A stretch of DNA of 64,000 nucleotides from the human T2T-CHM13v2.0 reference genome, Homo sapiens, in NCBI RefSeq assembly GCF_009914755.1, contig NC_060947.1; one strand, given 5' to 3'. Position 1 is the first letter of the stretch. The number at the start of each line of letters is the position of its first letter. Made by a program: the position numbers and the translations under genes. The notes beneath the pieces were generated by a model. That model did not search any database and was not told where the DNA came from. It saw nothing but the letters and a program-made list of their open reading frames with translations. Below, piece after piece: positions 41,229 to 56,148 of this stretch.

Positions 41229-41591
41229 TTTATCAGTTTAGTAGAGCTGCCAACACAAAGTACCTCAGAAAGGGTAGCTTAAACAATAGCAATTTATTTT
41301 CTCACAGTTCTGGAGAACGGAAGTGCAGGGTCAGGATGTTGGCAGGATTGGTTTCCTGTAAGGCCTCTCTCCATGGTTTGCCTGCCCCTGATGCCTCTCC
41401 ATGTGTCCTAATCTCCTCTTCTTATAAGTACATCAGTAATGTTAGATTAGGGTCCACCCTAATGACCTCATTTTGACTTAATTACCTTTATCTTTAAAGG
41501 TCCTATCTCTAAAGACAGTCATATTCTGAGATTCTAGGGGTTCGGGCTTCAACATATGAGATTTTGGTGAGATGCAGTTCAGCCCATCACA
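41229..41591 (-). mobile_element. MLT1B-like MaLR LTR
   Basis: AATTTATTTTCTCACAGTTCTGGAG..TTAGGGTCCACCCTAATGACCTCATTTT..TTCAGCCCATCACA. Confidence 0.88.
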
Positions 41592-42564
41592 ATATTTAAT
41601 ACAGAAATAATACGTTACAATAAATATATTCGAGTCTTTGTTTAAAATAAAGTTGTATCATAATGTTTTTAAATTTTTGTGAGACTTGAACACATCTTAA
41701 CATGGAAAGGATCTCTTTGAACTTTAAAAATGGCTCTATTAGAAGGGAATTTACTTTCATCACATAAATGCATGATTTCACTTACTGATCTTATATCTGA
41801 AAGCTTTTTCAGTCACATTTCATTACATTGTTCTAAGTCCCTGGCAGAAAGATAAAACATAGGTAAAAGTTTTCTCTAAGAGGTGACAGCTGAATTCTGA
41901 CTCTATCTACTGATGTTTGCCTCACTGTTTTTTACTTTGAGGACAAAGTAGAAAAGGACAATGGCAGCAGCATTGGACTTGTGTTTACTGGGGACAAAAA
42001 TAAAAATATTTTGACTGGAGCAATGTCAAATGAAGCTGTGCTCCTGCATTTGACACAGAGATTTACTTAACAAGAACCTACAGCACAAATAATTTCTTTC
42101 TTTAACCATGCCTAAAATGGAAAGAAAAATAAGTATAATATTAGACACATTAATTTATATTTCAAGGTTTCTTTCTCTTCTGCTTTTCTCTGCCATCCTC
42201 CCCAGGCATGGGAAGGGGGTAACAATTGTTATTTTGTAGCAACAGAAACATAAGGAAAATAAAGTATTGTTTTTCACATAATTGTAGAGATAATACCTTC
42301 TACCTTCATATGCTTTTCACGTTGTATACTGACCTCCCATAGGAGGATGAATCAATACTGCTTTACAAAAGCTTATAAGATTATGTGAAATACTAAGTCT
42401 ATATTCTATTTTCATTATGTTAGTAATTTAGTGTAATGCATTATTGTATCACATCAGATAATCCTGAAAAGTTAGGTATCCAGATCTATTGTGCAGACAC
42501 TTTAACATAACTTTATCTAAATGTACAATCTAATTTCAACAGCAAACAATGGAGTGATACCAAG

Positions 42565-42932
42565 AGCCAAGGTTTATATAGGGCTTCTTACAGCTCCAAG
42601 CACTACTCTGATTTACATATATTAACTCATTTCATCATGACAATGCTATGAATAGACACCACTTTAATATATATTTTATAGGTGAGAAAATCAGCCTCCA
42701 AGGTCCCACAGCTTTATAGGTCACACTCACACTACTCAAGCTTCAGTTGATTTGACTTGAAGGTTGGCACTCTTAACCATTATACTATAATGCTTGATAT
42801 TAAAGAATTAGTCTCTAAAATCAGGTGTATTCAGGTTCAGAATCTAATTCTGCCACTTCCTCAGGTAGATTTTATAACTTTTATTGTGCTCCACTTTTCT
42901 TGTCTATAAACTGGAAAAATAATGGCATATCT
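42565..42932. mobile_element. Two MIRs head to head (minus 42565-42787; plus 42800-42932)
   Basis: ATTTTATAGGTGAGAAAATCAG..CTCTTAACCAT; GGTTCAGAATCTAATTCTGCCACTT..TCTATAAACTGG. Confidence 0.6.
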
Positions 42933-43345
42933 AGGAAACTTATTTTGAAAGAGAGAGAAGCAAAGCATAAAGCACCACGTTGAAAACAATGTGGGACAAG
43001 GGGCTTGGATTGATGACTTTGACTGTTATATTCTACCTCTGTATCTAAATGACTTTTGTCAAAAACCCAAGAAACATGGAAGAGTGTGTTGCAGTTCTCT
43101 AGACTAAAGCTGAATCTTTGAAATATCACCGGAATTTTCTAGTTCCGTTTTTCGACTACAGATCCCTCATTCACCCTCAGGCTAATGACATCTTTCAGAA
43201 GGTCCTTTTGGCTACAGTTGAGTCAGTTCTGAGTCAGCACTTCTATACCATTTGGGACTTATAACCTCCAGAAATAAGATTAACATTAAGGATAAGTTCA
43301 AACAGTATACATTTCTAAGTACAATAAGATAACAACTTTCCACCA

Positions 43346-43702
<357 letters not shown>

Positions 43703-44249
43703 CAGCTTTTCACCTTTAAATGTAGCAATTCTTCTATACTTTGTAAAATGTGTGCTTTTAGTCATCATTGAATATACTGAATGCTGATGTGCATATGACA
43801 TTTTCAACATTACTTTCACAAGATTCAAACCAAATAAAGTTTAAAATGCTATGTAGTTGCCAACATATTTTGGCTTTCATTTATCTACCAAGAAAATTGC
43901 ATGTAAGAAGGCACAATAAAAACTGTTACACAATGTTATACCTGTTTATATTTGTCCTGATTTTTATTGTATTTAATCTTTAGTTTTTGTTAATAAAAGA
44001 AAAACAAGCATACGTGTTTAAAAATTACTTTTTATAATATTAGTTAAGCCAGGAATGATATAAAATATATGCAATGAAGTAATTGAAGGTTTCACTACTA
44101 TTGTGGTTTCCTTTCTTTGTTTTCCGGGGTAACAGTATGTGGCTTGTGCAAAGTGAACCGTGAGATGTTTCTAGGGTGGTTGACCATCGTGGTAACTGGT
44201 CATTAATTTGTCTTTCACTTCTTCAAATTGTGTTTTAAAAGAATATACA

Positions 44250-44415
44250 AAGAAAAAAAAGAAAAAAATGAGAGGACAGAAGGAAAGAAAGGAAGGAGGG
44301 AAAGAAAGAGTGAAGGGAGGAAGGAAGGAAGGAAGGAAGGAAGGAAGGAAGGAAGGAAGGGGAAGACAATAAAAAGAACAGACAAATAAGGAAAAGAAAT
44401 AAAGGAAAAAAAACT
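44250..44415 (+). repeat. Purine-rich tract containing (GGAA)10 at 44319-44358
   Basis: Direct reading of the sequence. Confidence 0.95.
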
Positions 44416-45395
44416 AACACAAAATATTTATTTTAACCAGTACAAGTATTCTTAGAATAAAGTTATCTTCTAATGTATCAACAGGCTTTGTATTAATAAT
44501 ATTTTCTTGAGGTTTATGTCTTTCTTTCTTCTTTGTGCTAATAGTTTTGTTTGTGGTCTAGTACTATTAGATAATAGCACTCCATTTTAATAACATGGAA
44601 CTAGCTTTATTCAAAAATATTAGAGGATACATAATCTTCTAACATGAATGTCCTTTAATTTATAGACTTGCCTAGTAAGTGCCGAAAAGCTTCTTTATAG
44701 AACTAAAACTTTACATTCATGATAATCTCAATTTTGTTATTCTTGGCATTTGGGCTTCTGATTTGAAATCTATTCCCAAGCCCTGCTTAAGAAAGGGATC
44801 CAATTTTGAATTACTTAATGTAGTTTCTGTTTGAATGTTTTTTTTCCTAGCACTCAAACAATTTATTAACATTTTATCATATGTCATATGTTAACCATCT
44901 TGTTTGGTTATATATTCATGTGCGTGTATATACACAAGGGATTTAACATGTCCAACCTATATTTCAGAGGCAGAGTATCTTTATTGCACTTAGCATGAGG
45001 AATCTATATACATGAGATGGGGCCCATGTAAATGAAATCCCCCAGCACCTCTCTAAAGACAAAAGTATTCCTTGTGTTCAAATAAAACTATAAAGACAAT
45101 CTCCAAACAAGCTTTTGGTGGGCTCAGTATCTGGAAATTGAATAGAACAATATCTCATGATGCTTTATAGAATTTTCAAAAAGTTTGTACCATACAAACC
45201 CAATTTCTCAAGCTTCACATTTGGATTTATTATCTCGTGTAATTTCTCTAAAAATAAAGCAAACACTATTGATTGATTAATAATAATAATAAATTAATCT
45301 CAGAGGAGTTTTCCTTAAAAGAAGAGAGGCAAAGAAATGCTTATTTAGAGCTCCCACTCCCCTTCACCTCAGTTGATCTGATATTTTAAGGCCTT

Positions 45396-45692
45396 TGCCG
45401 GGTGCGGGGGCTCATGCCTGTAATCCCAGCACTTCAGGAGGCTGAGGTGGGCAGATCACACGGTCAAGAGATCGAGATTATCCTGGCCAACATGGTGAAA
45501 CCCTGTCTCTACTAAAAATATAAAAATTAGCTGGGCATGGTGTCATGCATTTGTAGTCCCAGCTACATGGGAGGCTGGAGCAGGAGAATCGCTTGAACCA
45601 GGGAGGCGGAGGTTGCAGTGAGCCTAGATTGTGCCACTGCACTCCAGCCTGGTGACAGAGCAAGACTCTGTCTAAAAAAAAAAAAAAAAAAG
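45396..45692 (+). mobile_element. AluSc
   Basis: GGTCAAGAGATCGAGA diagnostic, poly(A). Confidence 0.95.
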
Positions 45693-47062
45693 GCATTGAT
45701 TGTGAAGATTATATGTGACATTTTCCCCTTCTTATTTTGACCTCTATGAAATTAAAAATGTTTTATCTGTTCAATTATGTTTCTTAGGTATTATATTCTT
45801 CTGTTAAGATGATTATCTCAACAAAAAACAACCTAATGTTCTAAGATAATAAAATAACAAAAACAATTATAAATATTGATATTTATTCAATATCAAAATC
45901 TGTATTTTGAAAAATTTCCTGAAGTACTAATTACTTTTTCAGCCTTCATTTACTTGTTTCTTGTGTTTAAATTGAAAGCAATATACATTTTATGTGATTT
46001 AAAAACAATATTCTGAAAAAAAGTTTCATTTGATAAAACCTTTCTTTTACCATTGCTCAATTTTTGAGTATTTAAAAAATATACATAAATACATGTTCTC
46101 ACTTTAATATATGGTTCAATTGTGATTTCTTTTATTCAGTAGTAATTTACCAAAGACAGTCCAATTTTATTATGGATTCCAGACAAAATACAAGCATTAT
46201 ATGAGTTGAAATTCTGTGGAAACTTACAACAGAAAAACAAAATAATTTTCACTGGGACTGTTTAGATCTTCTTATAATGCAGTCCAAAGTTAATCATTAT
46301 TAATAAACATCTAAAGTTGACAAAAGAGTTAAAGCAGCTTGAGCCTATGACCAACCCTTCCTGCATTTAATATTTACACCTTTAATGTTAATGTCAGCAT
46401 CCCAAAATGAATAGGTTTATTTCCTTTAGGATCAGACCAATGTTTTTCATTTTTTAATGATACATTATTTTATGAATGCTTTATGACAAGGATATTGTAG
46501 CCCCATCCTTTGAAATGGATAAACTATATTAGCATGCACCACAAATAAGTGAGGCTGAAGGGGAAAAATGAAATAACACTAAAATAGCAGATTATGTAGA
46601 TTTCTGTCTCAGATACAAACCTGAGACCACACACGTTATACACAAACCTGTTGGGAGGAGTTCCCAGAGCAAATTATTTAATTTAGTTCTATATGTCCAG
46701 AATCAAAGGAATCATGTTCAAAGTAAAAGATAATGATGCATAATTCTTTATATTTGTTTAGCCTGGCTATCAATATACTTAACATGTTTTATTTTTAATC
46801 ACTGTGCATACTTTTAGATACATAAGCACATTAGTTTTTTGGCATATATTTTGTCTTAAATTTCTCACAGGCAACCAAAGTTGTTTACAAATAAATCAAA
46901 GTTCACATATCAAACTTGAAATTTTCATTGTGCAATTTAATAAGAACTTTGATTTAAAATAAAATGATAACGTAATCAGAAAGGGTGAATATAAGAAATA
47001 ATCAATTCAGTAATAAATAATAGTGAAGGACAATAGCTGTTGGAGTTAAATACCTTGATATC

Positions 47063-47436
47063 TGATATGTTTTGGTTCTGTGTTCCCACCCAAATCTCAT
47101 CTTTAATTACAGCTCCCATAATTCCCACATTTTGTGGGAGGCACCCCGTGGGAGATAATTGAATCATGGGGGCGGTTTCCACCATACTGTTCTCATGGTA
47201 GTGAGATCTCACGAGAACTGATAGTTTTAAAGGGGTTTCCGCTTTTGCTTCTCTCTCATTCTCTCTTGCCACCGCCATGTAAGAAGTGCCTTTTGCCTTC
47301 TGCCTCCCTAGGCACATGGAACTGTGAGTCCATTAAACCTATTTTTCTTCCCAGTTTCATGTATGTCTTTATCTGCAGCATGAAAATGGACTAATACAGT
47401 AAATTAGTACCAGTAGAGTGGGGTGCTGCTGTAAAG
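47063..47436 (+). mobile_element. THE1A/B LTR (47063-47398) plus the first 38 bp of THE1-int
   Basis: TGATATG...CTAATACA followed by GTAAATTAGTACCAGTAGAGTGGGG. Confidence 0.92.
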
Positions 47437-47600
47437 CAGCTTCCACTGCTGGCACCAGGGAACACGGTGGCATGGTGGCACCTGGGAGCTTGGAGATGCC
47501 AGGAACTGCAGAGCCCCAAAGAGGGTGTCACAGCCTTGTCTCAGGGAGCTCCTAGGTCTGGACTCCCCAAAGGGCTGCAGCTCTTCTCTCCTTGTCTCTT
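47437..47600 (-). mobile_element. MER52-like ERV1 LTR fragment
   Basis: GGAGATGCCAGGAACTGCAGAGCCCCAAAGAGGGTGTCACAGCC, an antisense MER52/LTR1-group motif. Confidence 0.75.
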
Positions 47601-47984
47601 TCTCATCATTGAACAAATATTAAATCAAAAGTTAGTTAATTAAGTGATATTCCTTGAGATCATGTAAGAATTGATTGGAATTGTGCCAATTTATCAATTG
47701 ATTAATGACAATTCAACTTTCTGAGGATAGTTTCATTAAGAAACTCCTATAAAATTATCCTGATTTCCAAATTACACCAATGAGAGAAAAAGGAATCATG
47801 CACTCTTTCCAATTCAATGTAGCTCATCACTCTAAGTATGTCTCCCTGATCAAATTCTAATTGCAACTATCTTTATCTAAAATGTCTTCTCCCTATTTTG
47901 GTACTAGATATGCATGAAGAAATAGTAAGCTTTAACTTTCTGAGGACAGCTGGGTTTTATAAACTTTATTGAAAGTTATTTATC

Positions 47985-48284
47985 ACCGGGCATGGTGGCT
48001 CACGCCTGTAATCCCAGCACTTTGGGAGGCTGAGGCAGGTGGATCACGAAGTCAGGAGATCGAGACCATCCTGGCTAACATGGTGAAACCCCGTCTCTAC
48101 TAAAAATACAAAAAAATTAGCCGGGCACGGTGGCGGGCGCCTGTAGTCCCAGCTACTCAGGAGGCTGAGGCCGAGTGTGTCGTGAACCCCGGAGGCGGAG
48201 CTTGCAGTGAGCCGAGATTGCGCCACAGCACTCCAGCCTGGGCGACAGAGCAAGACTCCGTCTCAAAAAAAAAAAAAAAAAAAA
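47985..48284 (+). mobile_element. AluY
   Basis: GGAGATCGAGACCATCCTGGCTAAC and GGAGCTTGCAG; TSD GAAAG(T/C)TATTTATC. Confidence 0.97.
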
Positions 48285-48888
48285 GAAAGCTATTTATCTA
48301 AAAATAACATCTTCAGAAAATATGACTGATCTTTTGAACACTTTTGACTAATTCACTGAGGTTCCTGTAAGGAAAAATATTTTCCGCATGCTAGCTTGTT
48401 ATAATTAACCTTAAATTTGAAAAATATTTTGATACCAAAAATAAAACTACAGTGTTTTTTTGTAAGCATGATTCTTATTAAAATGCATCATAAACTGTTT
48501 TTCTTTCAGTAAATGGGAGAGTCTGACAGAAAAACACGTTTATAAGCACAGATTGAGACTATGTCATTAAGTCATGTGTTATTAAAACATTTAATTACCA
48601 CATATTTCTTTGAGAAACAGCTAGTGCTTTCCTGTTTTTATGGTGCCCAACTTCAATTAGCTTCTATATTATTTTACAATAAAACAAGTATCTACTGAGT
48701 GATACAATTCTGAAATGAATATTAACACTTAGAATAATTATGCTGGGATTTTAATTATTGTTTTATTTAAATATTTTATTATTATAATTACTATTACTAT
48801 TATTGTTATTTTGCACACAAGATACAAAAGAAACAATAAGATTCTATTCCCTATCCATCTGTCATAACTAGCTTTGGGCAAATGGCTA

Positions 48889-49493
48889 TGTAACTGAGCA
48901 ACTTGACTTCAAAATGCATTTTTAAACTTTTTTTTTCCTTTTTCTCTTTTCTCCCTAGTCTCAAGACGTAACCTTGAAGCAAACTGCAGAAGCCTTTTCT
49001 CCTTAACATTAAAATAGAATCCACATCCTTCACTTTCCCACTGTATACGCCCTTCACATTTACCTAACTGTATGTTAGTATCTAATTATGTGTTTACTTG
49101 AAACTTTTGGGGGCTAATCTTGAGACAGACAGACCAAGCCTGGAGACCCAGATGCAAAATTCCAGATACAACCTCAAGGCAGCTAATCAACATCCCAACC
49201 ACTGTAGAGGTGATGCCAGCCTGCACTCAAGGTGGACTGAAACCCAAGATAGCCACTGAAACAAAAAATACAAACCTTGTACCCAGCACAACTCCTGCAT
49301 GCCTCTCATATCAAGTCCTCGCTTTTTAAAATCCTGCCTTCTCACCAGAAATTTGAAGTGGCTACTTTGGATGGGAATCTGGCCACTTCCCCATTACTAG
49401 TTTTGGCTAATAAAGTCACTTCCTTTCCACCATACCTCACTCTTGTCATTGGACTCCCCAAGTGGTAAGCAGCTGGACCTCTGTTTTGTTACA
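48889..49493 (+). mobile_element. ERV1 solo LTR (LTR36/LTR29-like, family uncertain)
   Basis: TGTAAC...GTTACA termini; exact 4-bp TSD GCTA; AATAAA near 49409. Confidence 0.85.
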
Positions 49494-49649
49494 GCTACTT
49501 AGTGTTGAAGCCTATCAAATTAAGGAAACATTATTAATATTAGAAAATATTTATTTAAGACATGTTCTCACAGCTTATTTTTTTGCTTTTGGAATAAAGG
49601 GAATTAGTGATATGTAGTGGTCATGGTGCTATGGTCATCTCTGAGATTG

Positions 49650-49860
49650 ATAAAGATTAAGGTGTTTGATATTACAATGCCCAGTATTGGTAAGATGTGA
49701 GAAAACAAATACTCTCAAACACTGTTAGTGGGAGTATATATATTTTGGGGAGGGCCATTTCATGGCAATAATCATTACTAATACACATACACTGAGCTAT
49801 AATAATTCCACTAGAGATTCATCATACGGATATTCTCCCATAAGGTGGCCAAGGAGATAG
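49650..49860 (+). mobile_element. L1ME-type fragment
   Basis: CCCAGTATTGGTAAGATGTGAGAAAACAAATACTCTCAAACACTGTTAGTGGGAGTATA..ATAATTCCACTAG. Confidence 0.6.
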
Positions 49861-50366
49861 ATTTATATGTATGTATGTATGTATAGTGTGCGTGTATTTG
49901 TTTTTGTGTGTATACTTGTTTATCCATGGAAAATATTTATATACATACATAAAGATAAGAAATGGGTTGTGGAGGAGACTTGCTCTCTTTCTGTGTAATT
50001 AAGCATACATTTTTAAACAATGTAATAACCTTTAGTGAAAATATAAAGCAACTTTCAAAAGTATTTTTAGAAAAAGAATATCTAATGTGAGTCCGTGAAA
50101 CATTTTAAATAACAATAAATCCTTGAAAAACTGATAGAAAAAAAATCAATGTAAACGGCATGCCATATTTCTCCTTAAAAATATTTACCTACTTATATGC
50201 ATGCATACTTTACTAGAACTGGAAATTTGCTTTCAGCACTGAAATGTCTATAAAGAAATGGGCATTGTTAGAAGTATTATTAAATCATTTTTAATTTGTA
50301 ATATTTGTAATGAGGTAACTGCCTGCTTTTTCAATGTTAATTCAATATTAACTCAAGATATGTCTC

Positions 50367-50514
50367 TTTATTTTATTTATTTATTTTGAAATTTTATAGA
50401 GATGAGGTTCCTCTATGCTGCCCAGGTTAGTCTTGAATTCTTGGGCTTAATTGATCTGTCTACCTCAGCCTCCTAAAGTGTTAGAATTACAGGCATAAGC
50501 CACCACACCCAGCC
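50367..50514 (-). mobile_element. FLAM_C / free left Alu monomer
   Basis: Single antisense left monomer with a T-rich tail. Confidence 0.85.
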
Positions 50515-53403
50515 ATGATATGCTATTTAGAAAAATGTAAATTTCTTATTGATTTTTATTTTCATTGTGGCCACTAAAATGCTATTTATTTCAACAGATC
50601 TACTAACATTTTAGTAAGTCATGTTCTTATTTCATTCTGATTTATGTATATTTTTTCTTTACAAATTTTCAAGCAATTGGCGTTTATGATTTTACCTAAT
50701 GAAACTCTGATTTTTCATGAAAATGGTCAAGCAGTATTTAGTATGTCTATGACTGTAAAAAATAAACCCCACATCCTAAAAGTCTCAAAACATACTTATC
50801 ATCATAGTTATAGCAGTAATATAAAACCTCAGAAAACGATAGTGTCTTCTCCATAAAGAGATCAATCTAATACTTTAATTCATCAAGTCTATATCCTAAG
50901 ATTTATGCATTTGGTTGGGGGAATGGGGTTGGCTATTAAATATACACCCAAATTTTACAGAAAGGAAATTTGCATATGTCCTGTATGTCCATAGTCTCAA
51001 AAAACATTATTATCCTGTCATAAAGAAAAATAAAATTAAACAACTTAAAAACCCAGAAGGTTCACAGCAAGACAAATTCTCATTGTTAATAATATAAATC
51101 CTGAATATTCATATCTTATATAACATTGATAATATAAAGGTTTAGGTCTCTCCAGGGTTAAAACTTTATAGCTCACTCTATTGTTAAGAAAAAGAGGAAA
51201 TGAAAATCATCTTTCACACTAAAGTCAGATTTGTACCACACCTTTAAGATAAGAACAAAGGATCAGTTAAAAGAGGGAAGTGTTCTAAATATCTTTCTCA
51301 AAAAAATTAAAATACATGGATTCCTTCTCTCATTCTTTTATCTGAATTTTTCCCATAAACAAGGAGACAGGAGACTTGACCAGAGCAAGGAAGCTGCTGG
51401 GAGCTAGTGGTCTGTGGGTGACAAAGGGAAACATGGCAGGGTGTGGGGTAGGGATTGAATTCTCCAGCCTAGTTCTTCCCTTTGCCTTTAGCCTACTCTA
51501 CTATGGGGCTGTACCAAAATGCAGAAAACTGTCATCCCTCATCTCTTCATTGTTCAGTAGTCTTATATCTTTCTTCTTCCTCTTCTTGTCTTCCATTTAG
51601 AAAATTTTTTTTGGAGGGGGCATTGTAAGAATTGTCCTTTCATAATCAAGAAAACTGCAGTTTACAACCCAGTTCTTAGCAAGGAAAAATGCACACATCC
51701 CCCTGGAAAGCCATGGACGCGTACACACCCTGGCAGGGGCAGGGGGCAGGATTGGCAGGGGCTTTGGCGGGGGTTGGCCAGAGACGGACAGACAGATAGA
51801 AACAAATTATACCAAGAGTACTCAGATATTAAGAGGAAATTGAGAAGGCTATGAGGAGATACCAAGATGTCAACTTTCTAAAGTGGCAAAATCTTTCCAG
51901 AGCATTTTTATGGGCCCCCTCTTCCTATGTTATTCTACAATACAAGGACGAAATGCTTTCTTCTCAGCCCACTCCAATGCCAATCGCAGTCACATATCAT
52001 CTCCTCACCATCCTGAGCCATTATTTTGCATGTTGACAATAATAGTCCTGAGGTGCAATGGGAGAAAGTTGAGTCCTGAAGTTTTATCAGAAATGAACAA
52101 ACAAAAACTAAGGGCTATGAATCAAACATCACAGATGAGAGGTTGCCTATTTTTCCACGAAACACTGACAAGCACCTCAGGAGAGGTATAAAATCATTGT
52201 GTAAAATCATTTGCACAGTACTGATGTGGCTGAGATTATCTCTGTATCTTCTAATAGTGATCAGCATCACTTAGAAGAAAAAGGAACTGATGAATTAGCA
52301 GCACTTTCCTACCCTTATTTGAAATTTGAACCAGGTTCTGTTGAAATTTGGGGTTGAAGAAATCCTTTTCTTTAAAGCTCATTGCCCTTAAGCTGTTTTA
52401 GCTTCTTCCACCAGGTCTCACCTTTTTCTTTGTTATTTATGGTTATTTCAGACACCCTAACCCCTGCCACCAACTCATTTGGATTAGGAGCTTACTGGTT
52501 TAGTATTTAGTGCTTTGAGGCTAATTGACAACTAAAATCACTGGTCCCAGGAACCCACCAACACTGTAATTGTCACGTTCAAGACCCACATTGCAGGGAA
52601 TTCATTGCCTTTCTAAATAATTTTTTCCCTGTCTTCAAATGTTCCATAATGCCAACATTTCAAATGTTTTCTTTCAACTGCATTTTATCTATGTATCAGA
52701 TATCAAACATTGGCTATATTTTAAAGTTCAACTCTAATAGTGAGCATTTTCTCCTCTAAAATGTAGATACAGAATATAACTCAGAAGGCATGGACTCTAG
52801 TTACAAAAAAAATCATCCACAACTTATTTAAAATTACACGCTTGTCAAATATGTCAGAACCCAATTCAATTTCTCTTCCATTTAAGCCGTTTGAAAAGGG
52901 CAAATATAAAATGTTTAATTCAAGATGAATTCAGGGCACTGCAAACTGTCAGCAGATGGAGCCATTTTGCAACATACTCTCACAATTTTTTCAACGAGGA
53001 AAGCAGACTAAGAAATTGTTTAATATTTTAACTACATTCTTGTTTCATAAGAGGATGATTAAAATTCCCCGTAAAAAGTTTGCTTATCTATTATTTAGAA
53101 TACTGTTTATTACATGTTTCCTCCCAAGTGTTTGCCATAAATATGCTAACATAAAAACTTACTTCTAATCATAATAGTGGTTTGAGACAAATAATTGGGA
53201 AATTTAAGTTTGAAAACAAAATGGTGTATAGTATCCATGCAATGAAAAAGCACATATATCTAGTTCTACTCACACACACAATATCACACAAGGAAGAGAT
53301 TCTCCTTTTACAATAATTCCTACAATAAACTCAAGCATGTTTCTCTTTTGATTTTGGACTATATGAAGTTTCCATTTTGATTTTCAAAAAGTGAAACCTT
53401 TTG

Positions 53404-53747
<344 letters not shown>

Positions 53748-54187
53748 CTAGGAAGAGCAGTTAGAAAGTATTCTCAGTGTCTAACATTAGCTTTTCACCT
53801 AATAGGCATACTTTTTCATAGGTGGGGAAATAAGAAAGATGCTTGCCTAAAAGGTAACTTTGATTTTAATTTCAAATTTCTTCAACCCTTTAGAAATTTT
53901 CAACCTTGACTGTGTTTCAACTTTCAGCTCTGTATCACCAGTCAACTCCACAGTGTAATTGTTTAAACTGGCCAGAGTAATTGTTTCATGCTGATTGATT
54001 ATATTCTTCATCATTTATTGATTCCTCAGCATACTCTACAGAGCAGTTATTTTGCACTTTCCAGTCTTTTCTTAAATCCTTTATTTTATCTTTAATTGGG
54101 GGAGAAATCCCACCATGTATTTTATAGAAAAGTAGAATATTAACATTGATTACTACTGTAAGCATAGCCCTCTGCTTAATACTTGCA

Positions 54188-54360
54188 TCATTCATTCATT
54201 TAAATGCCTACTATGTGACAGGCTCTGTGTTTTACATCTGCTTTTTCAATTACATTGCACAAAAAAGTCCACTGAATATATACTTCCATATTCTCCATCT
54301 TGCAAATGAGAAAACTAAATCTTAAAGAGGTTATTTGCCCAAAATCAAATGGATTAAGAG
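54188..54360 (-). mobile_element. MIR (its 5' end may resume at 56149-56212)
   Basis: TGCCTACTATGTGACAGGC..CCATCTTGCAAATGAGAAAACTAA..AGAGGTTATTTGCCCAAAATCA. Confidence 0.65.
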
Positions 54361-54384
54361 TAGAAAGCAAAAGGGATGTGGGAA

Positions 54385-54651
54385 ATAGAGGTAAGCACTC
54401 TGCTTCATGCAGACATTCGGAGATCCAGGCCCTGCCAGCTTCAATCCTTAACTCTCAAGATCACCAAAAGCGTCAAAATCCAGCTGTCAGATAAGGGAAT
54501 GGAGAAATTATAGATTTGTGGACTATGTTTGGAAGTGGCTTATATTACTTCCGTCTGTGTTCTTCAGGCCAGAACTCAGTCACTAGGCCACATCTAACTG
54601 CAATGGAGGGTGGAAAATTTAGTATACCTTTGTACTTAGGAGGAAAGAGAA
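54385..54651 (-). mobile_element. MLT1J-like fragment
   Basis: GGCCAGAACTCAGTCACTAGGCCACATCTAACTGCAATGGAGG. Confidence 0.6.

Positions 54652-56148
<1,497 letters not shown>

Noticed and set aside
42024-42055. 12-bp imperfect hairpin with inverted TGACA motifs
   Set aside because: Short, with no supporting context
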